Part shown: piece by piece, positions 1 through 9,759 of the stretch
Position numbering within the stretch: the stretch's first letter is position 1
Layout of the letters: each line of letters opens with the position of its first letter
Source: Bacteroidales bacterium
GTDB lineage: Bacteria; Bacteroidota; Bacteroidia; Bacteroidales; UBA10428
Assembly: GCA_016928305.1 (NCBI GenBank)
Contig: JAFGKY010000152.1
Span: 266 to 64,265, forward strand
Reading direction: 5' to 3'
Length of the DNA: 64,000 nt
Notes under the pieces: model-generated
Database searches by the model: none
What the model was told of the DNA's origin: nothing
Seen by the model: only the letters and a program-made list of their open reading frames with translations
Position numbers and translations under genes: made by a program

Positions 1-27
1 TTGCATTACCATTCATCCATGTCGCAT

Positions 28-73
28 GGCTCGCAATGACTCAAGGTTTGATCGAAGCAGTCATTGCGGAGCC
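28..73. repeat. Imperfect inverted repeat / hairpin downstream of the kinase gene
   Basis: GGCTCGCAATGACT (28-41) and AGTCATTGCGGAGCC (59-73) form 14-bp arms with one bulged G. The element lies about 90 nt past the minus-strand stop at 160. Confidence 0.4.
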
Positions 74-159
74 CAGCTGGATAGGTCATTTGATTATTTT
101 TCTTGCCTGCAAGATGGAGACTTACAATGACGAACCGAATAATGATTACTGAATACCAT

Positions 160-2703
160 TCATGGATTCCCCGAATTCTCCTGAGCCGATGATAAATACC
201 GGTTGCATTTGATCAGCAATTCTTCAAGGTTAAGAGGTTTGCTCAGGTAGTCATCACAACCTGCTGCCAGACAGTTTTCGCGTTCACCCGCCATAGCATA
301 AGAAGTCTGGGCAATTACCGGAAGGTTTTTATTATACTGTTTTATTTTCTTTGTTGCCGCATATCCATCCATCCGCGGCATTTGAATGTCCATCAAAACC
401 AGATCAATGGAAGTGGCCTGACATACCTCAATGGCTTCCACCCCATCCTTTGCTCTCCAGACATTTGCTTTTGCACGGCTCAGTATCGATTCCAGCACCT
501 TATAATTGAGATCTTCATCCTCGGCGACCAGGACATTTTTGTTGCTCCAGTCAAATAACTTAGCTTTATCGTACTTTACTTTTTTCTTTTCCGCACTGAA
601 AGGCCGGGGTTGCGACTCTATTTTTTCGGATGGGACAGTAAAATAAAAGGTCGAACCGGTGCCTATTTCGGATTCTACCCATATGGTGCCGCCAAGGAGC
701 TCCACCAGGTTCTTTGTAATAGAAAGCCCAAGGCCAGTTCCCCTGAAAGAATCTTTAACGGTATATTCGATCTGTGAGAACCGCTGGAAAATGTAATCAA
801 ACTTATCCCTGGGGATGCCAATTCCGGTATCCTTGACAAAAAAGGTAACGGTATTTGCCGCGAGTACGTATCCAAATTCAACAAATCCTTCAGTTGTATA
901 TTTAAGAGCATTTTCCAGCAGATTACTCAATACCTGTTTCAAGCGCAACGGATCCGTGAGGATGTAAACATCATCCTTGCGTGAAGCCTCGCTGATCTTG
1001 ATCTCTATATGCGATCGCTGTTTTTTTCCGCGTATCTCATTGAATACCTCCCTCAGTTCAAACAAAAGATCGGTGATGTTACACCTGACACTATTTATGG
1101 TAAGTTGCTTAGACTCAATTTTAGCCGAATCAATTATGTCGTCCACAAGGTGTAGCAGGGTGTCGCCAGCAGTGGTTATATAATTAATATATTCATCACG
1201 TTTTTCTCCCGTGAGGTTAGGATCTTTCAGAAAATTCGAAAAGGCAATTATGGCGTTCATTGGAGTTCGTAACTCGTGTGACATGTTGGCCAGAAAAGCT
1301 GACTTAAGCCTGTCGGATTCCAGGGCATATCGCCGTTCGGTAATACTGGTTTTTAGTTCCTCTGTTTTTTGTTCAATCAGCAATTCAAGATTTTTCTTAT
1401 TTTGCTGTAATTGCTTCTCGGCTTTACTTTTCCGGCTGTATGCAATAATCAGGAAAAGAAGGAAAAGTAGGGAGGTTGTGATACCTATAATCAGCAAATA
1501 TTTGTATACTTTCTGCTGCTTCAGCTCACTATTCTTTCGTGCCAGCTCCTGTTCTCTTACCTCAACGTTATAGGAAGCTTCAAGTTCGGCTATCTTATTT
1601 TTTGATTCCTCGGAATAAATGGAGTCTTTAAGATGATAATACGTGGTTTGGTATTCAAGTGCTTTTTTATAATCGTTGAATTCGGCATATAGACTTGAGA
1701 TAGCTTCATAATTGGTCAGCACCATATCAGTATATTCAACGCTATCAGCCATTTTCAGGCTTTTCTGATAATGGAACAGGGCATGATTGAACTGACCGAG
1801 GTCGGTATAAGCTGTACCAATATTGTGTAAGGTTAAAAGAATTCCCGGAGTATATTTGATCCCGGAGAATAACATATAGGCTTCTTTGAAATATTCCAAA
1901 GCCTTGGTATAGTCTCCCTGCTCCTGAAATATCAGGCCAAGATTACTGAATGAACTGGCAATCCCCTCTTTGTCATCAATTTCCATATAGGTCTTCAGCG
2001 ACTCATTAATATAGGACGATGCCTTCTGGTAATCCTTTTTATGGTAATGAAATAGTCCTATGTTTTGTGTAAGTCCGGCAATATTGATTTTGTTGTTGAG
2101 GATTTTGTTGAGATCAAGTGACTTAAGATAATAGCTAAGCGAAAGATCAAAGTTCTTCAGATCATAATGGACCAGTCCCATGTTCTGGTAAATATTGGCC
2201 ACCTCCTGCCTGTCATTGAACAAGGTGTATTTTCTGAGTGCATCCTGATAATAAATAACAGATTGCTCAAAATGTCCCAGGAAATATTCAGCAAATCCAA
2301 GACCATAATATGCCTGAGCAAGATTCAGGTTAATGTCATCCCGGTTAGGCTCTTTTGCATTTAGTTGACGCAGCAGCTCCAGCCCTTTTTCAAAACTGAT
2401 TTTTGATTCCCTGAATTTGTTGAGGGTAAGGAGGGCATTCCCCGCCTTAACCAGGGAAAAAGCAGTATATACCTGGTTGTTTGATTTCTCAGCCAGCTCT
2501 TTGGCCTTCATTGCAAAATGCAGGGCTATCTCAGCAGAATCCGTTTCCAGTTTTTCCGATAAAGCCAGCAGGATTCTTATCTTCTCGTTCTCATTTGAAA
2601 CGGACTTAAGTTCTTTTTGCAGGCGGGTTACATCCTGCTTGTCAGCTGCAATTCCCTGCAATACACAAACAAACCAGTACAATATAAAAAACAGCCACCT
2701 CAT
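160..2703 (-). CDS. Hybrid sensor histidine kinase/response regulator with N-terminal TPR-repeat region
   Basis: 847-aa ORF with ATG at 2703 and a signal-like N-terminus. It has about 350 aa of TPR-like repeats and one TM helix (YKYLLIIGITTSLLFLLFLIIAY). Kinase motifs are the H-box SHELRTPMN and the HATPase motifs DTGIGI and GTGLGLSI. The C-terminal receiver reads VLVAEDEDLN...LMDIQMPRMDG...SKP. Confidence 0.9.
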   Translation of the reverse strand: MRWLFFILYWFVCVLQGIAADKQDVTRLQKELKSVSNENEKIRILLALSEKLETDSAEIALHFAMKAKELAEKSNNQVYTAFSLVKAGNALLTLNKFRESKISFEKGLELLRQLNAKEPNRDDINLNLAQAYYGLGFAEYFLGHFEQSVIYYQDALRKYTLFNDRQEVANIYQNMGLVHYDLKNFDLSLSYYLKSLDLNKILNNKINIAGLTQNIGLFHYHKKDYQKASSYINESLKTYMEIDDKEGIASSFSNLGLIFQEQGDYTKALEYFKEAYMLFSGIKYTPGILLTLHNIGTAYTDLGQFNHALFHYQKSLKMADSVEYTDMVLTNYEAISSLYAEFNDYKKALEYQTTYYHLKDSIYSEESKNKIAELEASYNVEVREQELARKNSELKQQKVYKYLLIIGITTSLLFLLFLIIAYSRKSKAEKQLQQNKKNLELLIEQKTEELKTSITERRYALESDRLKSAFLANMSHELRTPMNAIIAFSNFLKDPNLTGEKRDEYINYITTAGDTLLHLVDDIIDSAKIESKQLTINSVRCNITDLLFELREVFNEIRGKKQRSHIEIKISEASRKDDVYILTDPLRLKQVLSNLLENALKYTTEGFVEFGYVLAANTVTFFVKDTGIGIPRDKFDYIFQRFSQIEYTVKDSFRGTGLGLSITKNLVELLGGTIWVESEIGTGSTFYFTVPSEKIESQPRPFSAEKKKVKYDKAKLFDWSNKNVLVAEDEDLNYKVLESILSRAKANVWRAKDGVEAIEVCQATSIDLVLMDIQMPRMDGYAATKKIKQYNKNLPVIAQTSYAMAGERENCLAAGCDDYLSKPLNLEELLIKCNRYLSSAQENSGNP

Positions 2704-2842
2704 GAGACGGGAAAAGTAGTAATTATTTATCTTACCGCCATAATTACGGCATTGGTTTTTGTTAACAATAATTGCATGGATTGTATCAATATTAAAAGAT
2801 AAATCATCGGATGATTCCGGGATCGTCTGTTGTGTATACTAT

Positions 2843-2879
2843 CTAATAAAACCGTCAGACGCTTTGAAAAACGTCTGAC
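2843..2879 (-). terminator. Rho-independent terminator candidate for the VIT-vWA gene
   Basis: GTCAGACG (2854-2861) and CGTCTGAC (2872-2879) form an 8-bp stem. On the minus strand it is followed by GGTTTTATT. Confidence 0.55.
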
Positions 2880-2910
2880 AGTTAAATTCTGAAAGCATAC
2901 TTATATAGGA

Positions 2911-5262
2911 CTAGCAAACAATTTCAATCGGCAATACCATCAACACTCTCACGGCTTTCCCCTGTTGTTTGCCGGGCTTCCACCTGGGTGAAAGCTTCAC
3001 AATGCGCAATACTTCCTTGTCGATGGCAGGATGTAATCCTCTGATGATTTTAATATCCATCAGCGATCCATCCGTATCAATTGTAAACTGCACGTATACT
3101 TTACCGTTGATCCCTTGTCGTGTAATATCTTCCGTGAGCTTCAGGTTATCGGTAATGTATTTCCGGAATGCATCGACTCCACCGGGGTACTCCGGACTAT
3201 TTTCAACCACTGTATAGACTGTCTCCGTATCTTTTTTCCCGGTTGTCTCAAAGGATGCATCATCCATAGACGAATTCTCCTCTGCAACCGGATAGGCTGC
3301 AGCTTTTGTTTTATGCACGGCATAAGTATAGGCCATTCTGGATACCGGCTGTCCGACTGCATAATTGCTGACCCCCTCAGGTAATGGCAGGGGCTGTTTT
3401 ATGGTTGTAAGATTACTTCCGGTATTGCGGATTTCTGAATCAACGGCAACAAAACTGGTGTAATCCGTCAGAAGATTGTATTTCAGTCCCAGATCGGTGA
3501 TCGTTTTTACCAGCTCAGCATTGGCATCAACCCTGGTATAATCAGCCAGCAACCTTATTTTTTCGCGTGCCCACAGGTATTTAAGCGCTGCGTTCTGTGC
3601 AGCATGTTCAACTTTGGCCAGACTGAGTGTTTGATTGTATTTCCCCGTTCCGGTAATACCGTTAATAATCACCTGACCCTGTGCTTTTCCCCTGTACTTG
3701 CCTATTATCATTACCGGCCGTTCCGAAAGGACATCGGGCACATACTGCGGTTGAAGATCATACACGTCAAAGCCGGGATAGGATACCTGTATCTTTGTCA
3801 GTACCGGGTTATTGACATATTTCTTAAACTTGTTCGCAATTCCCTGGGCTTCATTTGGTGATATCACAATGAAAGGTTCTCCCTTACCTACGTGAGCCAT
3901 CCCTTCGATGATATACCGGTTAACCGAACTGCCGATGCCAAAGGCAAAGAAGTTGGCCTTCCCGAGATTATTACGGATCAGGTCAAAGGCCTCTTTTTCG
4001 ACCGACACATACCCATCGGTGGCAATGATAAATGAACGTGAATAGTTTTCTGTGCCTTTCATTTCCAATGCCCTTTTAAGTGCCGGCAACAATTCGGTTC
4101 CGCCTCCGCCCTGCTGCTCATCCATCAATCGTAAAGCTTTCAACACATTTTCAGATGTGGCAGGCATGGAGTTCTCGAACAATACGCTGTTGTCGCCTGC
4201 AAAAAGCAACACATTGAATTTGTCCTGTGAACGAAAGCCAGTGATGATATCCTTCAACAACTTTTTGGATATTTCAAGCGGGAAACCATGCATCGATCCT
4301 GAAACATCAACAATAAAAATGTATTCACGCGGTGGTACCGATTCGGGCCTTACCTGTTTCGGAGGCTGTACTATGGCCAAAAAGTAGTTTTCGTCCTTGC
4401 CTTCGAACAACAACATGCCTGATTCGATGGCATTACCTGCTAGACGGTACTGCAGAATAAAATCACGGTTTCCACCCGTGCTTTCATTGTTTTTTAACCT
4501 GACTTCTGCCTTTGAAGGCCCTGTAAAAGAAATATCAACTTCGTGCGTTGCAGATCGCAGATCTTTGATGGCCATGCCGGCTGAAAGATTTACTTTCATG
4601 TCAAACGTATACAAGGGTTTTGCTCCCTCTTCGGTGTATGGATTTGATATCCAGGCATCACCGGGTGCTTCTTCAGCAGTCTGGTTACAATACCGGGGTC
4701 CTACCACAGTTGGAAAAACAAACTCATAAACTGCGTTTTCGGGTACCAGCATTTCTGTATACGACAGGTTAACCTCGATTACATCGCCGGGAAGAATATT
4801 GGCAACGTTCATCTGGAAAACATTGGGACGTTTCTGTTCGAGTAACGATGCCGTTTTTCCCTGTTGTTTGGCATTTTCATAAGTTTGCCTGGCCGCTTGT
4901 TTTTCCATTACCACGGCAACGATTTCGCGCTCACCGATGGTCATTTTCATATCATAAACAGCTGCACGGGAAGAAGCCGGGAATACATAAATAGCTTCCA
5001 GTACATTTTTACCTTCGTTTTTATATACCTGGGTAATTGTTACATCGGCTATCACCCCTGCAATATTTACATGGGCAGAAGTTGACTTAAGTGGCAGACG
5101 ATCGGTCTGGGGATCATCACTCTGAACGAAAAAATAAGGCGACAGTGTTTTATCTGACGCGGTTTCCTGCTGCGAACAGGCCGGGACAACAGGCATAAGG
5201 GAGATCATAAACAGACTACCCTGCATCAACCTGTTAACGATTTTTTTAATTGTGCGTTTCAT
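2911..5262 (-). CDS. Secreted VIT + von Willebrand A domain protein with C-terminal TonB_C-like domain
   Basis: 783-aa ORF with a signal peptide and a VIT-like N-terminal region. The vWA MIDAS motif is DVSGSM. The last ~80 aa are TonB_C-like (YPGGVDAFRKYI...GKVYVQFTIDTDGSL...RWKPGKQQGKAVRV). Confidence 0.85.
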   Translation of the reverse strand: MKRTIKKIVNRLMQGSLFMISLMPVVPACSQQETASDKTLSPYFFVQSDDPQTDRLPLKSTSAHVNIAGVIADVTITQVYKNEGKNVLEAIYVFPASSRAAVYDMKMTIGEREIVAVVMEKQAARQTYENAKQQGKTASLLEQKRPNVFQMNVANILPGDVIEVNLSYTEMLVPENAVYEFVFPTVVGPRYCNQTAEEAPGDAWISNPYTEEGAKPLYTFDMKVNLSAGMAIKDLRSATHEVDISFTGPSKAEVRLKNNESTGGNRDFILQYRLAGNAIESGMLLFEGKDENYFLAIVQPPKQVRPESVPPREYIFIVDVSGSMHGFPLEISKKLLKDIITGFRSQDKFNVLLFAGDNSVLFENSMPATSENVLKALRLMDEQQGGGGTELLPALKRALEMKGTENYSRSFIIATDGYVSVEKEAFDLIRNNLGKANFFAFGIGSSVNRYIIEGMAHVGKGEPFIVISPNEAQGIANKFKKYVNNPVLTKIQVSYPGFDVYDLQPQYVPDVLSERPVMIIGKYRGKAQGQVIINGITGTGKYNQTLSLAKVEHAAQNAALKYLWAREKIRLLADYTRVDANAELVKTITDLGLKYNLLTDYTSFVAVDSEIRNTGSNLTTIKQPLPLPEGVSNYAVGQPVSRMAYTYAVHKTKAAAYPVAEENSSMDDASFETTGKKDTETVYTVVENSPEYPGGVDAFRKYITDNLKLTEDITRQGINGKVYVQFTIDTDGSLMDIKIIRGLHPAIDKEVLRIVKLSPRWKPGKQQGKAVRVLMVLPIEIVC

Positions 5263-5332
5263 TGCTGTAATTGTTATTTGATAAATTGAAAATGAAAAAA
5301 ATCTGCAGTTTTATATTATTGATGCAGGGAAA

Positions 5333-5360
5333 TGAAAAATTCCATAACCGGTATGGAATT
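5333..5360 (-). terminator. Hairpin flanked by A-run and T-run (terminator candidate)
   Basis: AATTCCATA (5338-5346) and TATGGAATT (5352-5360) form a perfect 9-bp stem. A T-run follows on both strands. Confidence 0.45.
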
Positions 5361-5401
5361 TTTTTGCTGATTGGGATGAAAAGAGATTGGTGAGAGAAAG
5401 T

Positions 5402-5429
5402 GAAAAACGAAAAACGAAAAACGAAAAAT
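5402..5429. repeat. Heptanucleotide tandem repeat (GAAAAAC)3 GAAAAAT
   Basis: Four consecutive 7-nt units read directly from the sequence. They lie in the intergenic region between the 5463 stop and the 5262 start. Confidence 0.9.
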
Positions 5430-5452
5430 AAAACTGCCTTCGGCAGGCAGAA
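5424..5452 (-). terminator. Short GC hairpin plus T-run downstream of the DUF3857 gene
   Basis: CTGCC-TTCG-GGCAG lies at 5434-5447. On the minus strand it is followed by TTTTATTTTT. It sits 11 nt past the stop at 5463. Confidence 0.4.
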
Positions 5453-5462
5453 GTAAAAATAA

Positions 5463-7379
5463 TTAACCTTCTTTCTTTTTCAGACTGATTTTGGCGTTAT
5501 CGGCGGCGGCGACTTTTTTGAAAAAGCCAATTAGTTCATCGTAGGAAGACGGTGGATGTCTTCCTTTTTTCATCTCCAGCCTGCGGACACAAATAACCTT
5601 GTCTTCAGCTGTAAACGTTTGCAGGGAATAAGTGCCAAACGGAGAATCTGTTTTTATCTCACCCGGTAAAGATTCAACCATGTATTCTTCGGGAATCACT
5701 ATGGTGACGGTATCACAGGCAACCGTTGCCCTTCCGATCAGAACATCCGATTTTCTTTCATTCACCTTTTTGGGAACATCACGGATACGGTCAAGGGGGA
5801 TCAATGAAATAAGCATCCGCGCACCAGATAGCGTCGCATAACGCGGTAAATCGATCTCAAGGTTTTCAGCGATAGCCGGCACCTCACTTCGTAAATCCTG
5901 ATAATCGAATTTATTCAATACCGCACCCGGGAGCCTGATTTCATCATAGATCATTTTCTTTTTATCTACGGTTCCGGCAAGGTAAAACGGGAGTTTGTCA
6001 TCATACAGCACCCCATTGTGCATGGCTTTTACTGATAAAGAGGCATTTCCCGACGCATCCAGTGTAAGGATTGAATTTCTTTCCATCCGGTTATCGGCAG
6101 CCGTATAGATACGGGTATGGATGATCTTGCCACCGGTTTCGGTAGCTACAAGAGCATCACGGTCATCCGTAAAACGACCAATGTAGCCAAAAGGTAAATG
6201 ATGGCTTGTACATTCGAGCCATAATGTGTCTTTCGCCAGAGGTAAGCAAAGGATAATATGGTTGAAGTGATTGCTGGGAAAAAAAACGTTCGTTTTAGCA
6301 ACATTATTCCCGGCCATGACAAGAGTATAATACGATTTCAGTCCGACAGCCTGTAGAAGCGATTTGGTATAGTTGGAAAGGGCTTTGCAGTCACCGTATC
6401 CAAGCCTGTCTACTGTTTCAGCAGGAATTGGTTGCCAGCCTCCTATGCCAATCGTAATATTCAGATACCGGGTCTTATGCTGCATATATTCATAAATCAA
6501 CCGGGCTTTTTCATAGTCTGTTTTGCAATCCTTTACCTTTTCTATCAAAAGTGCCCTGGTTTCAGTTGACAGTTCATCTCTCCCTTCATTCAAAGTACCG
6601 ATCCATTTTCCAAAATCATTCCAGCTTGACAGATTCCCCTTGTAACCTTCAATCTCAAACTCATTGGGTGCGCTGATAACAGTTGGACTAAAATCACTGA
6701 ATGGTCCGCTGAAAGGTTGTTCTGTAAGAGCAATAATGTTTTGAACCTTCCAGGTATAGGCTGTGACAACATCATTCTTAACAATATCCACCTTTTCAAT
6801 AATATTTTTTTCCAGGTATCGCAATGATAAGTCATTTGGGCAGATCAACGTAAATTTACTCCTTTCAACGGAAACATTATAGTCATACAGGGGTTGCCAA
6901 ACAGGCAGATTAAAAAGCCCGTCGTACTCAACGACAAAACTGTATTCAACGGTAAACGGATATGCCATGGTTTTAGGCTTAAATAATTTGACCCTTCTGT
7001 CTTCGTACAATGAATAACCGGATATGGCACTCTGATCAATTATCTTTTCCAGTGTCATCCCCTCGGTTTTTTCACCTGAAAAATCATAAATGGTCCCTTT
7101 AATGCTGTGGATTTTCTGCAGTTTTTGTGAGTAGGATTGTCTAAATACGGCATAATCAAGTCCGTTCTCGTTGAGGATGGTAATGGCATAGGTTACTGAT
7201 TCAACTCCCTTTCCGATTGATTTGATTTCGAATACCTGTTCCCAGTTGCGGATAACGGCTTTCGTATTTGTTTTCAGGCTGTCAGGGATTTCACTAACAG
7301 GGTATTTTATCTCTTTGTTTCCGAATGTCATCTGCGAATATGCCAGGAACATACAGATGATATAGAAATATTTTGTCAT
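5463..7379 (-). CDS. DUF3857 / transglutaminase-like / DUF3858-type lipoprotein (catalytic Cys and His retained)
   Basis: 638-aa ORF with ATG at 7379 and a signal peptide. The transglutaminase-core motif is GYGDCKALSNY, followed by FNHIILCL...LWLECT. Confidence 0.8.
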   Translation of the reverse strand: MTKYFYIICMFLAYSQMTFGNKEIKYPVSEIPDSLKTNTKAVIRNWEQVFEIKSIGKGVESVTYAITILNENGLDYAVFRQSYSQKLQKIHSIKGTIYDFSGEKTEGMTLEKIIDQSAISGYSLYEDRRVKLFKPKTMAYPFTVEYSFVVEYDGLFNLPVWQPLYDYNVSVERSKFTLICPNDLSLRYLEKNIIEKVDIVKNDVVTAYTWKVQNIIALTEQPFSGPFSDFSPTVISAPNEFEIEGYKGNLSSWNDFGKWIGTLNEGRDELSTETRALLIEKVKDCKTDYEKARLIYEYMQHKTRYLNITIGIGGWQPIPAETVDRLGYGDCKALSNYTKSLLQAVGLKSYYTLVMAGNNVAKTNVFFPSNHFNHIILCLPLAKDTLWLECTSHHLPFGYIGRFTDDRDALVATETGGKIIHTRIYTAADNRMERNSILTLDASGNASLSVKAMHNGVLYDDKLPFYLAGTVDKKKMIYDEIRLPGAVLNKFDYQDLRSEVPAIAENLEIDLPRYATLSGARMLISLIPLDRIRDVPKKVNERKSDVLIGRATVACDTVTIVIPEEYMVESLPGEIKTDSPFGTYSLQTFTAEDKVICVRRLEMKKGRHPPSSYDELIGFFKKVAAADNAKISLKKKEG

Positions 7380-7432
7380 GATACTAAGTATAAATTTATT
7401 CTGTCTGAAAAAATAAAATAATGCCGGTCATT

Positions 7433-9301
7433 TCAGGTTTTCTTTTTGAGCATGATTACCTCGGCTTGTTTGGCTATCGCCTGGTTGTATAATTCTTTTA
7501 AAAATTGATATTCAGATTCTACAAAAACAGTTTTGCTAATCTCAAAGCTGGCATTGACATGAATGGTGTTTTCCATAGGCCAGGCCTGATAAGTGAACCT
7601 GGCCGACTTGTCGGGAAGAGTTATGTTGCATGCTTTCGGCATTTCCGCGACCTCGTATCCTTCGGGAATGTCAAGTTTCAGAATATACCTTATTTTAACA
7701 GGATGGCCATAGTCGATCGGATACTTGCGGGTGTCCAATTTAAAGGGATTGTTTTCCATGCGATCAATCAGCATGGGACTAATACTTATCAGATCACCCA
7801 GGATATCTGCAGATCCGGAAATGGAAACCTCATGTTTTTCTGTTACCGGTTTATCTATACTATCTATATCCTCGAATGTCGATGAACTTATCGCAAGGCC
7901 CGGCATAGTGCTTTCAAGATCACGGATGTATTCATCCTCGCTGTTGAATCCCTTGATTTCTTTACGGAAATAATAAGCACCGTAATCACTATGGCTGTAT
8001 GATACAGTACCCTTTATTTCTCCTGATTCCTCCAGGGTCATATCACAGTATACGATTTCTTTCTGATCAAAATTGGGAGACAGGTCAATCCAGTCAGAAT
8101 ACTTTTCATTGACGATTCTTCCCCTGCCGTTAAGGACACGAAAAGGAAGCATCCCGGCCGGAAGGTAAGGTTCTGTGGCATCGAAGAAGTAATTCTTCCC
8201 GTTATAGATAACACCGGCGATGACATAATTCAGTTTATCGATGGTCGGGAATGAAGGTGAAATGATCCCGTTATTGCGCGTACTAAGGGCTACCGGAAAG
8301 GCTTCAAAATCGAGTTTCTTCAGCATCTGAATCAGGATCATATTGACGTCAGCAGAATTACCCGATCCCTTCCTGTAGGCCACGCCTATGTCGCCTGATG
8401 TATACAGTGATTCTTCCTCGTTCCACTTCACCTTTTGCCTGACCAGGTCACATGCAGCTTTCATTTTTTCAATATCCGAAAGATTTCTTTCATGTATACT
8501 CTTTACGTCGTCAGAAAGGAATAGCCCCATTCCAATGGCCTCCCCGAAATACTGATGATCGAGTAAATAGTTATTAACTGCATTCCATGAGGAAGTATAG
8601 AATTTAGTATATCCCGGTATCATGACGTTGGATAATTCGATCTCAACCTTTGTAAGGTAATTGGTGAGCGAATTCATATAGGGCTCCGTATGCAAAGCGG
8701 GCATGTCTTTACCAACCCATCTTCCCGGTTCATTGGTGTGAAGCGGCTGAAAACCATAGAACACCTTCTGAAAGGAGATATAGGGTGAATCGTTTATACG
8801 AAGTTCACTCCAGCGCACAGGAACGCTATCCTGAAATCTCCATTCATTGGGTAATAGAGGAAAAGTGTACTGTAATTCCACAATGGATCCTGCTCTTACA
8901 TCGGGCATGGTGATGCGATACCGATAACGGCCTTCACGTATAAGTTCCCTGAAAATAGATTCATTTTTTAATTTGCTTTCTATAACCTCACCATCCACGA
9001 GGTTGTATGTGCATCCTTTGATGGCACGGTTATCGGATATATTAAAGACACGGTTCACGATGTTTGTGCCTTCTTTCTTCAAAACTTTTATCCTCAGCAA
9101 CCTGGTGAATTCAAAGGTGTTCGAATTGAATTCACCGTAATCGCATAATATCACAGCTTCTGCTGTTGTATCCAAGGGGTAGACCTTCATTTCAAGATCA
9201 GCCCTGTCAATTTTCCCATACCTGGCCGGCGCAGGCTGGCCAGTTAATATTAATACAGGAAGAACAGCAGTGAAACATGCAAGTATCAGTTGTTTTTTCA
9301 T
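7433..9301 (-). CDS. DUF3857 / transglutaminase-like paralogue with Cys->Ser and His->Tyr at the core positions
   Basis: The ORF-track start at 9364 is GTG. The ATG at 9301 gives the signal peptide MKKQLILACFTAVLPVLIL. The core-equivalent motifs are GSGNSADVN and LNYVIAGV...FFDATE. Confidence 0.8.
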   Translation of the reverse strand: MKKQLILACFTAVLPVLILTGQPAPARYGKIDRADLEMKVYPLDTTAEAVILCDYGEFNSNTFEFTRLLRIKVLKKEGTNIVNRVFNISDNRAIKGCTYNLVDGEVIESKLKNESIFRELIREGRYRYRITMPDVRAGSIVELQYTFPLLPNEWRFQDSVPVRWSELRINDSPYISFQKVFYGFQPLHTNEPGRWVGKDMPALHTEPYMNSLTNYLTKVEIELSNVMIPGYTKFYTSSWNAVNNYLLDHQYFGEAIGMGLFLSDDVKSIHERNLSDIEKMKAACDLVRQKVKWNEEESLYTSGDIGVAYRKGSGNSADVNMILIQMLKKLDFEAFPVALSTRNNGIISPSFPTIDKLNYVIAGVIYNGKNYFFDATEPYLPAGMLPFRVLNGRGRIVNEKYSDWIDLSPNFDQKEIVYCDMTLEESGEIKGTVSYSHSDYGAYYFRKEIKGFNSEDEYIRDLESTMPGLAISSSTFEDIDSIDKPVTEKHEVSISGSADILGDLISISPMLIDRMENNPFKLDTRKYPIDYGHPVKIRYILKLDIPEGYEVAEMPKACNITLPDKSARFTYQAWPMENTIHVNASFEISKTVFVESEYQFLKELYNQAIAKQAEVIMLKKKT

Positions 9302-9419
9302 AGAAGGGTGTTTTTTATTGTTTGATTGCAGATAAATGCTTTGATTGCTTTTTTCAGCTAACACATGTATAGCAACTTGTGATACAATTGAGAATTATTC
9401 AATACAATCCGATAACAAA

Positions 9420-9603
9420 TTAATTCTACTCTAACAAATTGAAAAATCAACCTGTTTTTACCCTTAATCCCTAAAGGGAACAGGTTGATTTTTCAGCTTT
9501 CTCCCTTCTTCGCCTTCGCGAAGCTACGGCGGAGCAAGGTAGGGATCAGGGTAAAAGAAAGCTGAAAAATCATTAAATTTCTAATTTGATAAAGTAGAAT
9601 TAA
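9420..9603. repeat. Nested inverted-repeat element with three 17-nt arms (alternative hairpins)
   Basis: The outer 10-bp inverted repeat is TTAATTCTAC (9420-9429) and GTAGAATTAA (9594-9603). Arm 9440-9456 pairs perfectly with 9479-9495. Arm 9486-9502 pairs perfectly with 9556-9572. The two central arms overlap by 10 nt. Confidence 0.7.
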
Positions 9604-9759
9604 AAATAAATTTTTATTTTGATAATTCACATAGGGTTATTCACCAATCGGATTAAAGTTATCAACTCTAATAATACCTGTAAGGTAATTGTAATGGTGT
9701 CGGAGAACTTTTGAACGGAATGTTTTTTGTTGTAAATTGTATCATCAAAAGGTAATAAC

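Noticed and set aside
9420-9603. Calling the nested inverted-repeat element a mobile element (MITE).
   Set aside because: Only one copy is visible in this window. I could define no clear target-site duplication, and no transposase is present. I kept it as a repeat or structure of unknown nature.
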